This document shows positions 9,329 to 20,881 of a DNA stretch of 61,356 nt, piece by piece. The stretch is from an uncultured Clostridia bacterium (GTDB lineage: Bacteria > Bacillota > Clostridia > TANB77 > CAG-508), in contig CALXND010000002.1 of assembly GCA_944389655.1 (NCBI GenBank), positions 1-61,356 of the forward strand. Reading direction: 5' to 3'. The notes below the pieces were generated by a model. That model searched no databases, was not told the origin of the DNA, and saw only the letters and a list, made by a program, of their open reading frames with translations. Within the stretch, counting starts at the first letter, position 1, and every line of letters begins with the position of its first letter. The translations under genes and the position numbers were made by a program.

Positions 9329-12300
9329 TTAATTATTATTTACAATCATGTCGTTTTCTTTTGGCTCTTCCACTTTTTCTGTGTTAATGTGAATGTTTTT
9401 GTATGCTGCCATACCAGTTCCTGCTGGAATTAATTTACCTATGATTACATTTTCTTTTAATCCAATTAATTCATCAACTTTACCTTTGACGGCTGCTTCT
9501 GTAAGAACTCTTGTTGTTTCTTGGAATGATGCTGCTGAAAGGAAGCTTTCTGTTGCAAGTGATGCTTTTGTAACTCCAAGTAATACACGTTTGTATGTTG
9601 CAGGTCTTCCTCCTCCTGCAATAGCTTTTTCGTTTGCATCTTCTACTTCGTATATATCTACTAGAGAACCTGCAAATAGAGGTGTATCTCCGTTGTCTTC
9701 TACTCTTACTTTCTTAAGCATTTGTCTTGCTATAACTTCTACGTGTTTGTCGTTTATATCAACACCTTGGTTTCTATACACTTTTTGTACTTCTTGTACT
9801 AAGTATAGGTAAACTCCCTCTGCTCCATTTATTGCCAATATCTCATTTGGATTTATAGAACCTTCTGTAATAGGTGCTCCTGCTTTTATTTCGTCCCCAT
9901 CTCTTACACGAAGTTTAGAACCAAATGGTATTGTATATGTTTTTGCATCATCTTTTCCTGTAACTGTAACTTCTTTTCTGTTCTTGTCATCTGAAATGCT
10001 AACTTTACCATCAATTTCTGTAATAATTGCCAAGCCCTTTGGTTTTCTAGCTTCAAATAACTCCTCAACTCTAGGAAGACCCTGTGTAATATCTGCAACA
10101 CCTGCAACACCACCAGAGTGGATAGTTCTCATAGTAAGCTGTGTACCAGGCTCACCAATTGATTGTGCTGCAATTATTCCAACTGATTCTCCTATATTTA
10201 CTTCTTCACGAGTTGCTAAGCCCATTCCATAACATTTGCTACAAACTCCATGTTTTGTTCTACATTCAAGTACTGAACGTACTTTGACAGATGTTATTCC
10301 TGCTGCAACTATTTTATCTGCAATATTTTCAGTAATTAGTGTGTTCTTATCCACAATTAATTCGTTTGTTTGTGGATTGTATATGTCTTCTAGTGGATAT
10401 CTTCCAAGTAGTCTTTCCTCCATTTTTTCTACAACTTGGTTTCCGTCTTTAATGTCAGATACTTCAATTCCTTTAGTTGTTCCACAATCATGTTCTCTAA
10501 CGATTATATCTTGTGATACATCAACAAGTCTTCTTGTTAGGTATCCAGAGTCTGCTGTTCTTAAGGCTGTATCTGCTAGTCCTTTTCTAGCACCATGGGC
10601 AGATATGAAATATTCAAGTGCATCTAGTCCCTCTCTAAATGATGATGTAATTGGTATTTCGACTGTTTTACCTGTTGTAGATGCCATAAGTCCACGCATA
10701 CCTGCAATTTGTCTTAATTGGTTAACATTACCTCTGGCTCCAGATTCTGACATCATGTATACTGGATTTAGTTTTTCAAAGTTATTTTTCATTGCATCTG
10801 TAACTTTGTCTGTAGCTTGTTCCCAAATTTTTATTACTGAGTTATATCTTTCTGTGTCTGTTATTAAACCACGTCTATATTGTTTTGTTACATTGTCTAC
10901 TTGTTCTTGTGCTTCTGCTAATATTTGCTTTTTAGCTGGTGGCACTTTAACATCTGCAACTGATACTGTCATACCAGCTGTTGTAGAATATTTGTATCCT
11001 GTAGCTTTAATATAGTCTAGAAGTTCTGCTGTTTTGCTTAATCCATGCTTATTTATGCATTTTGCAATTATTTTTCCAAGATTTTTCTTCATTACTGTGA
11101 AGTTTAATTCTGGTTCAAATGCATTTTCTGGATTCTCTCTATCTACAAATCCTAAGTCTTGTGGAATTCCTTCGTTATATATTAATCTACCAACTGTTGT
11201 TTTAACGAATTTACTTTTTTCTACACCATCTATAGTTTTTGTAATACGTACATTAACCATAGCATGCATTCCTAAATCATGATTGAAGTTAGCTATTATA
11301 GCTTCTTCTGGAGATGAATAATATCCACCTTCTCCTGGTTCTCCTTCTACTTCCATTGTTAAGTAATATGCACCTAAAATCATATCTTGTGTAGGTACTG
11401 TAACTGGCTTACCATCTTGTGGCTTTAATAGGTTGTTTACAGAAAGCATTAAATATCTTGCTTCTGATTGAGCCTCTGGTGATAATGGTAAGTGAATAGC
11501 CATTTGGTCACCATCAAAGTCAGCATTGAATGCTGTACAAACTAATGGATGTAGCTTTATTGCTCTACCTTCAACTAAAACTGGCTCAAATGCTTGAATA
11601 CCAAGTCTATGTAGTGTAGGCGCACGGTTTAACATTACAGGATGGTCTTTTATAACGTCTTCTAATATATCCCATACTTCTGGACGTAATCTTTCTACCA
11701 TTCTTTTTGCATTTTTTATGTTGTGTGCTATTCCACGTCCAACTAATTCCTTCATTACGAAAGGTTTAAATAATTCAACAGCCATTTCTTTTGGAAGTCC
11801 ACATTGATAAATTTTAAGTTCTGGTCCAACAACTATAACTGAACGTCCAGAATAGTCAACACGTTTTCCAAGTAGGTTTTGTCTAAATCTACCTTGTTTT
11901 CCTTTTAGTAAGTCTGATAATGATTTTAAAGGTCTATTTCCAGCACCTGTTACTGGTCTTCCACGTCTACCATTATCTATTAGCGCATCCACAGATTCTT
12001 GTAACATTCTTTTTTCGTTTCTTACAATTATCTCTGGTGCACCAAGTTCTAGTAATCTTTTTAATCTGTTATTTCTATTTATTACTCTTCTATATAAATC
12101 ATTTAAGTCTGATGTTGCAAATCTACCACCATCTAATTGAACCATTGGTCTTAAATCTGGTGGAATAACTGGTACAACACTCATAACCATCCACTCAGGT
12201 CTATTTCCTGATAGTCTAAATGATTCTACTGTATCTAATCTTTTTACAAGTTTAGCTTTCTTTTGCTCACTTGCTTTTTCTAGCTCTTTCTTTAATTTTT

Positions 12301-12868
12301 CTGATAATTTGTCTAGGTCTATTTCTTCTAGCAATTTTTTAATTGCTTCTGCTCCCATTTCAGCTTTAAAAGAACCATTTCCATATTTTTCTACTGCTTC
12401 ATGATATTCCTTTTCAGATAATACTTGTGCTTTAGTAAGTCCTGATGTTCCTTTATCTGTAACTATGTATGAAGCAAAATATATAACTCTCTCTAAGCTT
12501 CTTGGTGATACATCTAACATTAGACCAATTCTACTTGGTATTCCTTTAAAATACCAAATGTGCGCTACCGGTGCTGCAAGTTCAATGTGTCCCATTCTTT
12601 CACGTCTAACTTTTGCTTTTGTAACTTCAACACCACATCTATCACAAACAATTCCTTTATATCTAACTCTCTTATATTTACCACAATGGCATTCCCAATC
12701 TTTTGTTGGTCCAAATATTCTCTCGCAGAACAAACCATCTCTTTCTGGTTTTAATGTTCTATAGTTTATAGTCTCTGGTTTTTTTACTTCACCTTTAGAC
12801 CACTCTCTTATTTTTTCATCTGATGCTATACCTATTTTGATTTTATCAAAAATATTTAATTCGTCCAC
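9329..12868 (-). CDS. rpoC: DNA-directed RNA polymerase subunit beta'
   Basis: 1179 aa. Zn-finger [23 protein letters not shown], catalytic [12 protein letters not shown], trigger-loop and bridge-helix regions are recognisable. Confidence 0.99.
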   Translation of the reverse strand: MDELNIFDKIKIGIASDEKIREWSKGEVKKPETINYRTLKPERDGLFCERIFGPTKDWECHCGKYKRVRYKGIVCDRCGVEVTKAKVRRERMGHIELAAPVAHIWYFKGIPSRIGLMLDVSPRSLERVIYFASYIVTDKGTSGLTKAQVLSEKEYHEAVEKYGNGSFKAEMGAEAIKKLLEEIDLDKLSEKLKKELEKASEQKKAKLVKRLDTVESFRLSGNRPEWMVMSVVPVIPPDLRPMVQLDGGRFATSDLNDLYRRVINRNNRLKRLLELGAPEIIVRNEKRMLQESVDALIDNGRRGRPVTGAGNRPLKSLSDLLKGKQGRFRQNLLGKRVDYSGRSVIVVGPELKIYQCGLPKEMAVELFKPFVMKELVGRGIAHNIKNAKRMVERLRPEVWDILEDVIKDHPVMLNRAPTLHRLGIQAFEPVLVEGRAIKLHPLVCTAFNADFDGDQMAIHLPLSPEAQSEARYLMLSVNNLLKPQDGKPVTVPTQDMILGAYYLTMEVEGEPGEGGYYSSPEEAIIANFNHDLGMHAMVNVRITKTIDGVEKSKFVKTTVGRLIYNEGIPQDLGFVDRENPENAFEPELNFTVMKKNLGKIIAKCINKHGLSKTAELLDYIKATGYKYSTTAGMTVSVADVKVPPAKKQILAEAQEQVDNVTKQYRRGLITDTERYNSVIKIWEQATDKVTDAMKNNFEKLNPVYMMSESGARGNVNQLRQIAGMRGLMASTTGKTVEIPITSSFREGLDALEYFISAHGARKGLADTALRTADSGYLTRRLVDVSQDIIVREHDCGTTKGIEVSDIKDGNQVVEKMEERLLGRYPLEDIYNPQTNELIVDKNTLITENIADKIVAAGITSVKVRSVLECRTKHGVCSKCYGMGLATREEVNIGESVGIIAAQSIGEPGTQLTMRTIHSGGVAGVADITQGLPRVEELFEARKPKGLAIITEIDGKVSISDDKNRKEVTVTGKDDAKTYTIPFGSKLRVRDGDEIKAGAPITEGSINPNEILAINGAEGVYLYLVQEVQKVYRNQGVDINDKHVEVIARQMLKKVRVEDNGDTPLFAGSLVDIYEVEDANEKAIAGGGRPATYKRVLLGVTKASLATESFLSAASFQETTRVLTEAAVKGKVDELIGLKENVIIGKLIPAGTGMAAYKNIHINTEKVEEPKENDMIVNNN

Positions 12869-13009
12869 TCGGTTTAGCCCCCTTAAAATTTATTTGTTTG
12901 CTTCTCAAGCATTTTTAAAGTACTACACCGCTGTGCAATTCCCTATTGTTAACCTTAAAACTCCTTTTGAAGCTATTCAATTAAGTTTCTATATATTGTT
13001 TATTTTTTT

Positions 13010-13289
13010 AAAACACTTTTGTGCATTCATAAACGAAGCAAAAGTGTGTATATTGCTAGGCAAAATCCAAAAGAAAACCGGAGGCATGCTTTTTGCTATG
13101 CTAAAGGATTTTCTTTTAGATTTTAACGACGCAAGTAACTAGCCACATCCTTCTTTACTGTGCTGTAATTTTGAAAAGAATTGATTTTTGGCTAGGCGCT
13201 AGAATTAAAAATTTATGAGGTGTACTTTGTGTACATTGAATAAATTTTTAATTCGTAGCAACAACGCCAAAAACAATTATCTTCAAAAT
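13010..13289. other. Highly structured rpoB-rpoC intercistronic spacer (stacked long hairpins)
   Basis: The 420-nt gap (12869-13288) holds three hairpins. The first is about 122 nt with arms 13168-13192 / 13266-13289, starting at the rpoB stop codon. The second has arms aaaatccaaaagaaaa (13062-13077) / ttttcttttagatttt (13109-13124). The third is acacttttg...caaaagtgt (about 13013-13048). Confidence 0.7.
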
Positions 13290-16200
13290 TACTCTACTAT
13301 GTCGGAGTCATTCAAAAGATTATCCTCTCCCAAATCTGTATCTCCAAGCATTATCTCATCATCTGAAAATTCTTCAAATAGAGCCTCATCATCTTCTTGT
13401 TCTTCATCTGCTAAGACTGCTTCTTCTTCATATCCTTCTGGTAAGTCTTTCATTGCAAGAATATCATTTCCTGTCTTTTTATCATCTATATTAAAGTCTA
13501 TTCCATCATCTATATTTTCTTTCAATTCTAGTTCTTCATTATCTGGCGACAATAATCTTATATCTAACCCTAAAGCTTGAAGTTCTTTTATAAGTACTTT
13601 AAATCCTTCTGGAACTCCTGGTTCTGGAACATTTTCGCCTTTAACTATTGCTTCGTATGTTTTTACACGTCCTACTGTATCATCTGATTTTACAGTAAGC
13701 ATTTCTTGTAATGTGTAAGCTGCACCATATGCCTCTAGTGCCCAAACTTCCATCTCTCCAAAACGTTGTCCACCAAATTGTGCTTTACCTCCAAGAGGTT
13801 GTTGTGTAACTAATGAGTATGGTCCTGTTGAACGAGCATGTATCTTATCATCTACTAAGTGATGTAGTTTTAACATGTACATTACACCAACTGTTACTGG
13901 ATGATCAAATGGGTCTCCTGTTCTACCATCATATAGAGTTGTTTTTCCATCTTCTGAATATCCAGATTTTCTAAACAATTCTCTTATTTCTTCATCTGTT
14001 GCACCATCAAATACAGGTGTTGCAACTTTCCAGCCTAATAATTTTGCTGCCATTCCTAGGTGAACTTCTAGAACTTGACCTAAGTTCATACGAGAAGGAA
14101 CACCTAGTGGGTTTAAAACTATATCTACTGGAGTACCATCTGGCATAAATGGCATATCTTCTTCTGGTAATATTCTTGAAATAACACCTTTGTTACCATG
14201 ACGTCCAGCCATTTTATCACCAACTGATATTTTTCTTTTTTGAGCTATATAGCAACGAATTATTTGATTTACACCAGGTCCTAATTCATCAGAATTTTCT
14301 CTAGTAAATATTTTTACATCTACTATTGTACCTTGCTCACCATGTGGTACACGAAGTGAGGTGTCTCTAACTTCTCTTGCTTTTTCTCCAAATATTGCAC
14401 GAAGCAATCTTTCTTCTGCTGTAAGTTCTGTTTCTCCTTTTGGAGTAACTTTACCTACTAATATGTCTCCTGGTCTTACTTCTGCACCAATACGTATAAT
14501 ACCATTTTCATCTAAGTCTTTTAATACGTCATCACCAACATTTGGTATATCTCTTGTAATTTCTTCTGGGCCTAATTTTGTATCACGGCATTCACAATCA
14601 TATTCTTCAATGTGAATTGATGTGTACACATCTTCTTTAACGAGTCTTTCACTAATTAACACAGCGTCCTCGTAGTTGTAACCTTCCCATGTAGTAAATG
14701 CTATTAATACATTTCTACCAAGTGACATTTCTCCATTTTTCGTTGCTGGTCCATCTGCAAGAAGATCTCCTGCATTTACTTTTTCTCCACGAACAACTAC
14801 TGGTCTTTGGTTTATACATGTACCACCATTTGTTCTCTTGAATTTTCTTAATTTATATGTATCTATTCCGTCTTTATTATTTCTAACTAGAATTTCATCT
14901 CCAGTTACTTTTTCTACAACACCTGGATTTATAGCTGTAACTGTAATTCCTGAATCTTTTGCCGCTCTATATTCAATACCTGTACCTACTATTGGTGATT
15001 CTGGCATTAGCAGTGGAACTGCTTGACGTTGCATGTTAGCACCCATTAGTGAACGTTTTGCATCATCATGCTCTACGAATGGAATCATTGCTGCTGCAAC
15101 AGAAACAAGTTGTTTTGGAGATACGTCTACAAAGTCAACTCTGGATTTGTCTACCATTGTGATTTCTTCTCTCATTCTTACTTTAATTCTGTCATTTACA
15201 AATCTTCCTTCTTCATCTAATGGCTCTGATGCTTGTGCTATTATGTATTTATCCTCTTCATCTGCTGGCATGTATACAACTTCGTCGGTAACTTTCCCTG
15301 TTTCGTGATCCACCTTTCTATATGGTGTTTCTATAAATCCGTATTCATTAATTGTAGCAAATGATGAAAGTGCTGAGATAAGTCCAACGTTTGGACCTTC
15401 TGGTGACTCTATTGGACATAGTCTACCATAATGTGTATAGTGAATATCTCTAACCTCGAAACCTGCTCTTTCTCTAGAAAGTCCTCCAGGTCCTAATGCA
15501 GATATTCTTCTTTTATGGGTAAGCTCAGATAATGGGTTTGTTTGATCCATAAATTGTGACAATTGTGAGCTTCCAAAGAATTCTCTTATTGATGATGATA
15601 TTGGTTTTGTATTGATTAGTGTTTGTGGTGTTACTACGTCTAAATCTTGAATTGTCATTCTTTCACGTACAACTCTTTCAAGTCTCGTTAAACCAATTCT
15701 AAATTGGTTTTGTAGAAGCTCTCCAACACATCTAATACGTCTATTTCCTAAGTGGTCTATATCATCTATTACTCCTAGTCCATTGTCTAGGTTTAGTATA
15801 TAGTTTATAGATGCTATTATGTCCTCTGTTGTAATATGTCTAGGAACTAGTTCATCATATCTTTCTTTTATAACATCATGTAATTTTTCTTCTTCTGTGC
15901 TGTCTATAATTGATTTTAGCACATTGTAGTTTACATATTCTTTTATATGTACATCGCTTACATCTACATTTGGTAAGAATTTATGAATGTTAACTGTTCC
16001 ATTTCCTATTATCCTAACTTTTCTATCATCTACTTTAACATCTACAATATTAATACCAGAATTTTGTATATCCTCAGCTACTTGTTCAGATATTACATTG
16101 TCTTTTTCTACTAATACTTCTCCTGTTTCTGGGTCTACTATATCTTGAAAAGCAACTTTTCCTGTAATTCTTGCAGCTAGGCTTAATTTTTTATTAAATT

Positions 16201-17026
16201 TATATCTACCAACTTTTGCCAAGTCATATCTTCTTGGATCAAAGAATAGCCCATTGAACAGATTTCTAGCTGCGTCTACTGTTGGAAGTTCACCTGGTCT
16301 TAATTTTTTATATATTTCAATTAATGCTTCATCTTGTGTTTTTATTGGGTCTTTTTGAATTGTAGCAGCAATTTTTGGTTCTTCGCCAAATAATTCTACA
16401 ATTTGTTCATCTGTAATAACTCCAATAGCACGTAGTAAGGATGTAACTGGTATTTTTCTTGTTCTATCAACTCTTGCCCAGTATACGTCATTTGCATCTG
16501 TTTCATATTCTATCCATGCACCTCTTAAAGGCATTACTGTTGATGTATAAATTTTCTTTCCTGTTTTATCATAGGCTGAATCATAATAGCAGCCTGGTGA
16601 ACGTACTAATTGGCTTACTACAACTCTTTCTGCACCATTGATAATAAAAGTTCCACTATCAGTCATAAGTGGAAAATCTCCAAGATAGATTTCTTGTTCT
16701 TTTATTTCTCCTGTTTCACGATTGATAAGTCTTACTTTTACATGTAATCTTGTTGAATATGTTGCATCTCTTTCCTTGGCTTCTTCTACTGTGTATTTAG
16801 TTTTATCTTCCATGTAGTAATCTAAAAATTCTAGAATTAAATTTCCTGAATAATCTACTATTGGAGAGATATCTCTTAAGATTTCTCCAAGTCCTTCTTC
16901 AACGAACCAGTCGTATGAATCTTTTTGGACTTTGATTAAGTTTGGCATTTCGATTGAATCGCCGATTTTTGCAAAAGTTTTACGAGAGCATTTCTCGTGT
17001 TTAATTTCTTTTACCAAAAAAATCAC
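13289..17026 (-). CDS. rpoB: DNA-directed RNA polymerase subunit beta
   Basis: 1245 aa with conserved blocks throughout (e.g. [45 protein letters not shown]). The track start is a GTG overlapping the RBS; TTG at 17017 (AGGGGTGA + 5 nt) is an alternative start. Acidic C-terminal tail. Confidence 0.99.
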   Translation of the reverse strand: MIFLVKEIKHEKCSRKTFAKIGDSIEMPNLIKVQKDSYDWFVEEGLGEILRDISPIVDYSGNLILEFLDYYMEDKTKYTVEEAKERDATYSTRLHVKVRLINRETGEIKEQEIYLGDFPLMTDSGTFIINGAERVVVSQLVRSPGCYYDSAYDKTGKKIYTSTVMPLRGAWIEYETDANDVYWARVDRTRKIPVTSLLRAIGVITDEQIVELFGEEPKIAATIQKDPIKTQDEALIEIYKKLRPGELPTVDAARNLFNGLFFDPRRYDLAKVGRYKFNKKLSLAARITGKVAFQDIVDPETGEVLVEKDNVISEQVAEDIQNSGINIVDVKVDDRKVRIIGNGTVNIHKFLPNVDVSDVHIKEYVNYNVLKSIIDSTEEEKLHDVIKERYDELVPRHITTEDIIASINYILNLDNGLGVIDDIDHLGNRRIRCVGELLQNQFRIGLTRLERVVRERMTIQDLDVVTPQTLINTKPISSSIREFFGSSQLSQFMDQTNPLSELTHKRRISALGPGGLSRERAGFEVRDIHYTHYGRLCPIESPEGPNVGLISALSSFATINEYGFIETPYRKVDHETGKVTDEVVYMPADEEDKYIIAQASEPLDEEGRFVNDRIKVRMREEITMVDKSRVDFVDVSPKQLVSVAAAMIPFVEHDDAKRSLMGANMQRQAVPLLMPESPIVGTGIEYRAAKDSGITVTAINPGVVEKVTGDEILVRNNKDGIDTYKLRKFKRTNGGTCINQRPVVVRGEKVNAGDLLADGPATKNGEMSLGRNVLIAFTTWEGYNYEDAVLISERLVKEDVYTSIHIEEYDCECRDTKLGPEEITRDIPNVGDDVLKDLDENGIIRIGAEVRPGDILVGKVTPKGETELTAEERLLRAIFGEKAREVRDTSLRVPHGEQGTIVDVKIFTRENSDELGPGVNQIIRCYIAQKRKISVGDKMAGRHGNKGVISRILPEEDMPFMPDGTPVDIVLNPLGVPSRMNLGQVLEVHLGMAAKLLGWKVATPVFDGATDEEIRELFRKSGYSEDGKTTLYDGRTGDPFDHPVTVGVMYMLKLHHLVDDKIHARSTGPYSLVTQQPLGGKAQFGGQRFGEMEVWALEAYGAAYTLQEMLTVKSDDTVGRVKTYEAIVKGENVPEPGVPEGFKVLIKELQALGLDIRLLSPDNEELELKENIDDGIDFNIDDKKTGNDILAMKDLPEGYEEEAVLADEEQEDDEALFEEFSDDEIMLGDTDLGEDNLLNDSDIVE

Positions 17027-17458
17027 CCCTAAAAAAAATTAAGCAGATTAAAATATATATTATTTATCAAGAAGTCCTTCTTGTATCTAGTATTCTTTTG
17101 TGCTTTATTGGTTTACTGCTCTCTTACCTTTTATTTCACAATTAGTACTAGCCAATTCCTCTTCTTGGTAAATTTATGACAAAAATATAGTAATTATCTT
17201 TTGAGAATACTTTGTTCCTAAAGTATTTTTGTTTTTAAAGACGACAACAAAAAGGCAGGCTGGTACTTTTTTCTTGTTACCAACTAACCTTCTTCTGTTT
17301 ATTTGTTAAATTTTTTTATCTAAAATTAACTTTTTTATATTAACTCCATTCCTTTCAAGGTTTAATTTTGCTTGAATTTAGCTAAATTATTCCAAGTTTT
17401 AATTAAGAGTTGTTTAAGTTTTACCAACGTCGTCCGATAAAACTCCTATAATATATTT

Positions 17459-17488
17459 ATTTTACTATATATCAAGTGGGCTTGTCAA
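17459..17488 (-). promoter_or_regulatory. Candidate promoter of rpoB (TTGACA-N18-TAAAAT), implying a 5' leader of about 430 nt
   Basis: Minus-strand TTGACA (17488-17483), 18-nt spacer, TAAAAT (17464-17459). Confidence 0.35.
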
Positions 17489-17613
17489 TGGTTTGGGGAG
17501 AATTTTTGGAAAGATTTTGTCCAACAATTTTAAAATTATCCATGATTTATTTAATCATTCTTGTAATACTAACTAATTAATATAGTTCATTTTATTTTTT
17601 AATACTTATTTTT

Positions 17614-17820
17614 TCAACATCTTATGTTATAGTTTAACTTTGTTACTGGATATAAATTACAAAAAACATAATTTTTATATATTTTTTCTTTATGTAATTG
17701 TTTAAGTTTTTCGTCTTTTAGCATTGCAAATGAAATCAATTTAGATATTTTTTCATATGTTTCAAATACTGTTAAATTCTGCTTTAATAATACACTTACT
17801 TTTAAATTAAAGTATTTCAA
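17614..17820 (-). CDS. Orphan small ORF (68 aa), possibly the N-terminal remnant of a larger gene
   Basis: TTG start with a strong RBS (AAGGAGAGGGG). MKYFNLKVSVLLKQNLTVFETYEKISKLISFAMLKDEKLKQLHKEKIYKNYVFCNLYP... reminds me of Cas6-type N-termini from low-GC Firmicutes, which is recollection only. Nothing coding follows the stop. Confidence 0.3.
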   Translation of the reverse strand: MKYFNLKVSVLLKQNLTVFETYEKISKLISFAMLKDEKLKQLHKEKIYKNYVFCNLYPVTKLNYNIRC

Positions 17821-18052
17821 ACAACCCCTCTCCTTTACAGTATGGTTATATTATACTTGATTAAAAGAACTTTTTCAACATTTTTGTACTATTTTTTTAT
17901 AAGTAGTAATAACTATAATAAAGTTTTATTATTAAAATTAAGAATATATTAAAATGTTAATTTTTTCACTTGTTATTTAAAATATAATTAAGGACTTAAT
18001 TACTAAAATACATAATAATAATTAAATCCATCATTTTCCAAAATCCTAATTA

Positions 18053-18412
18053 CTATCTTAGCAACACTCTTTTCCACTCATCTTCCTTAAAACCAACTAA
18101 AATTCCCTTATCAGAAATAACTATTGGTCTTTTTACAAGCATTCCATCACTGGCAAGAATTTTTATTTTTTCCGCTTCCGACATATTAGCTAATTTTTCT
18201 TTTAAGTTTAATTCTTTATACTTCAAGCCACTTGTATTAAACCATTTCTTTAATTCTTTTCCACTTTTTTGTATCCATTCTATTAATTCTTTCTCGGTTG
18301 GATTATTTTCCACTATATGTCTATCTATAAACTCTATATTATGACTTTCTAGCCATTTTTTTGCTTTTTGACATGTTGTGCATTTTGGGTATTCTATAAA
18401 TAAATTTTTCAT
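18053..18412 (-). CDS. ArsC/Spx-family redox protein (YffB-like)
   Basis: N-terminal CTTC (CXXC) in a thioredoxin-like beta-alpha context, ...GMLVKRPIVISDKGILVGFKEDEW C-terminal signature, 119 aa. Confidence 0.8.
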   Translation of the reverse strand: MKNLFIEYPKCTTCQKAKKWLESHNIEFIDRHIVENNPTEKELIEWIQKSGKELKKWFNTSGLKYKELNLKEKLANMSEAEKIKILASDGMLVKRPIVISDKGILVGFKEDEWKRVLLR

Positions 18413-18489
18413 TTTTTATCACATTCCTTTCCTAAAACATAAATTATTTATTATATTTATGTATAAAATTTGTGTTACTATTTAAAGAT

Positions 18490-18547
18490 TTAAATGATTT
18501 TTAACTTTTAAAATCAAGATATATGTATATTTTGCAGATTTTGCAGT
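18490..18547 (-). promoter_or_regulatory. Conserved about 58-nt upstream module, copy 1 (second copy at 36459-36517), with embedded TTGATT-N17-TTTAAA
   Basis: tttaaatgatttttaacttttaaaatcaagatatatgtatattttgcagattttgcag. About 80% identical to the module upstream of the WG-repeat gene, in the same orientation relative to the downstream minus-strand gene. Confidence 0.4.
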
Positions 18548-18670
18548 GCCGTAAAGCAAGCAAATAAGCGCTATGCATAAGTGCAATTTGGAAAGCCTAG
18601 CACATAATTTACCTATATTTTATCATAACATTTCCCATTTTTCTACAAAATATGTTATAATAATATCATT

Positions 18671-19708
18671 ATGAAAAATATAGAAAGATATAAACATTTA
18701 AATAAATATTTAAAAGAAAAGTTTGGAGAGCGTACCTTAAAAATATGCATAGATGGTGGATTTACTTGTCCTAATAGAGATGGCACAAAAGGGAGCGGTG
18801 GTTGTATTTTTTGTAGTGAAAAAGGTTCTGGAGAGCATATAAAAAGTCTAGAATTTGATTCAGACAATCTCGTTAATAAATTGGCTTTCCCTCTTTGTGA
18901 TAATACACTACCGTTTGCTACAAATATTTCTGAACAGGTAAGGAGATATTTTAATAGCTACAAAGCTCAAAGAGCTAATAAATTTATTGCTTACTTTCAA
19001 AATTTTACTAATACCTATGATACCATAGAAAATTTGAAACTAAAATATGATTCTGCTCTAATTGACGACAGAATAGTTGGTTTAGAAATAGCCACTCTCC
19101 CAGATTGTATAACAGAAGATATTGCAAAATTATTAAAAAGCTATACCAATAAATATTATGTATGTGTGGAACTTGGTTTTCAAACTGCCAATGAAGAAAC
19201 TGGTAAATTTATTAATAGATGCTATTCAGATGAAGAATTTTCTAATGCCATTAGTTTATTAAATAAATATCAAATTGATGTTGTAGCACATATTATGATA
19301 GGGTTACCTACAATTGTAATAGATGAGGACTTTATAGATAATAAACCTTTTAAATATGTTATAAAAAATGAATCTATTCACGATATAAAAAACACCGTAG
19401 ATTTTATAAACAAGCACAATATACAAGGTTTGAAAATACATTCTTGTTATATTGTAAAAAACACAAAACTTGAAAAATTATTCAATGAAGGAAAATATGT
19501 TCCTTTGTCACTTGAGCAATATTTAGAAGAGTGTGGCTATGTAATAACACACATTAATCCTAATATTATTATTCATAGGGTATCTGGAGATGCACCAAAA
19601 GATTTACTTGTAGCACCTGAATGGAACTCTCATAAAAAGTGGATTATCAATGGTTTAGATAAGTTATTAAAAGAACAAAATTTATACCAAGGAATGTACT
19701 TTTGCTAA
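18671..19708 (+). CDS. Radical SAM protein, TIGR01212 (YtqA-like) family
   Basis: FTCPNRDGTKGSGGCIFC cluster motif near the N-terminus and an IHRVSGDAPKDLLVAPEW C-terminal block. Carries AT-rich low-complexity insertions. Confidence 0.85.
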   Translation: MKNIERYKHLNKYLKEKFGERTLKICIDGGFTCPNRDGTKGSGGCIFCSEKGSGEHIKSLEFDSDNLVNKLAFPLCDNTLPFATNISEQVRRYFNSYKAQRANKFIAYFQNFTNTYDTIENLKLKYDSALIDDRIVGLEIATLPDCITEDIAKLLKSYTNKYYVCVELGFQTANEETGKFINRCYSDEEFSNAISLLNKYQIDVVAHIMIGLPTIVIDEDFIDNKPFKYVIKNESIHDIKNTVDFINKHNIQGLKIHSCYIVKNTKLEKLFNEGKYVPLSLEQYLEECGYVITHINPNIIIHRVSGDAPKDLLVAPEWNSHKKWIINGLDKLLKEQNLYQGMYFC

Positions 19709-19854
19709 ATAAATTTTTATTTAAAAATCTATTTTCGCACAATAACAAGTTTTATTAAATCTTTCATTTGATAAATTATTATTTTAGGCTTAAACAATAA
19801 TTTATCAAAGGCACTGACAAAGATTACATTTTAAAAGCTTGTTATTGTTTCATC

Positions 19855-20856
19855 TTATATATTTCTTACAAAATAGTTATTCTGTGTCTGATATACATAT
19901 CCATCTATTTCCATCATGGTGATTATAGGAATTATTTCTTGAACTGTTTTTGTTAATTTTTTTGCTAGCTCGTTAACATGAATGGGCTCGCCTGATAATA
20001 CTTTATATATGGTAATGTATTCTTTTGGTATAACTGTTTTTTTACTTTTCTTCTCTGTGCTTTTTTCTTTTTCAATATTTTTATATTCTTCTTTTATCTT
20101 TTTTTCACTATTTATATATGCTTCTATTTTATTATCATTTGAATATTTTTCTATGTTTTTATTAGTCTCTTTTTCATTGTTTGTATGATTTTTTATTATA
20201 GTAGATGGTTTAACAGTTTTTATTATCTGTTCTGGACTAGTTAATAGAATTGCCCCCTCTTGTATTAGTCTATTTGTACCTACTCCTGTTTTTGCATATA
20301 TATTATTTGGAACTGCAAAAACTGGTTTTCTACTTTTTCTAGCATATTTAGCAGTTATACTGCTCCCACTTCTATATTCTGCCTCAACAATAACCACTGC
20401 ATCAGAAAGTCCACTAATAATCCTATTTCTTACTGGAAAATTTTTACTATCCTTCTGTGTATCTGGTGGATATTCAGATACAATACATCCACCATTATCT
20501 AATATTTTGTGGAAAAGCCACTCGTTTTCTTCTGGATAAATGTAGTTAAATCCGCTTCCTAAAACCGCAATTGTTTTTCCTATTTCCTTTATTGCCACAT
20601 TATGTGCAATTCCATCTATTCCTACAGCCATTCCACTAATTATACAAATTTCTTTTTCTGAAAGGCTCTTTGTAAGTTCATTTGTAACTCTCATCCCATA
20701 CTCACTGCATGCTCTTGAGCCAACTATTGCTGCCGTATATTTTGAATTTAGTAAATCTATATTTCCTACACAATAAAGTTCCACAGGAAAATTTTTTGTT
20801 TCTAATAATCTTTGTGGATATTTTTTATCTTCTAAATCTAATTTTATTATCTCCAT
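19855..20856 (-). CDS. dprA: DNA-processing protein DprA (Smf)
   Basis: AIVGSRACSEYG, ISGMAVGIDGIAH, FPVRNRIISGLSDAVVIVEA blocks. ATG at 20856 with GGAAAG 8 nt upstream. A K/E/N-rich linker precedes the C-terminal winged helix. Confidence 0.9.
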   Translation of the reverse strand: MEIIKLDLEDKKYPQRLLETKNFPVELYCVGNIDLLNSKYTAAIVGSRACSEYGMRVTNELTKSLSEKEICIISGMAVGIDGIAHNVAIKEIGKTIAVLGSGFNYIYPEENEWLFHKILDNGGCIVSEYPPDTQKDSKNFPVRNRIISGLSDAVVIVEAEYRSGSSITAKYARKSRKPVFAVPNNIYAKTGVGTNRLIQEGAILLTSPEQIIKTVKPSTIIKNHTNNEKETNKNIEKYSNDNKIEAYINSEKKIKEEYKNIEKEKSTEKKSKKTVIPKEYITIYKVLSGEPIHVNELAKKLTKTVQEIIPIITMMEIDGYVYQTQNNYFVRNI

Positions 20857-20881
20857 AAATAACACTTTCCTTTTCTAGACT

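Noticed and set aside
9393-16641. Numerous ORFs inside rpoC and rpoB (e.g. 10236-11015 +, 9904-10113 -, 13215-13580 +, 15033-15308 +)
   Set aside because: They are embedded in two of the most conserved genes known and have biased, non-protein-like composition. The same applies to antisense ORFs within dnaB, gdpP, the kinase, spoIIE, mrdA, mreB and the giant genes.
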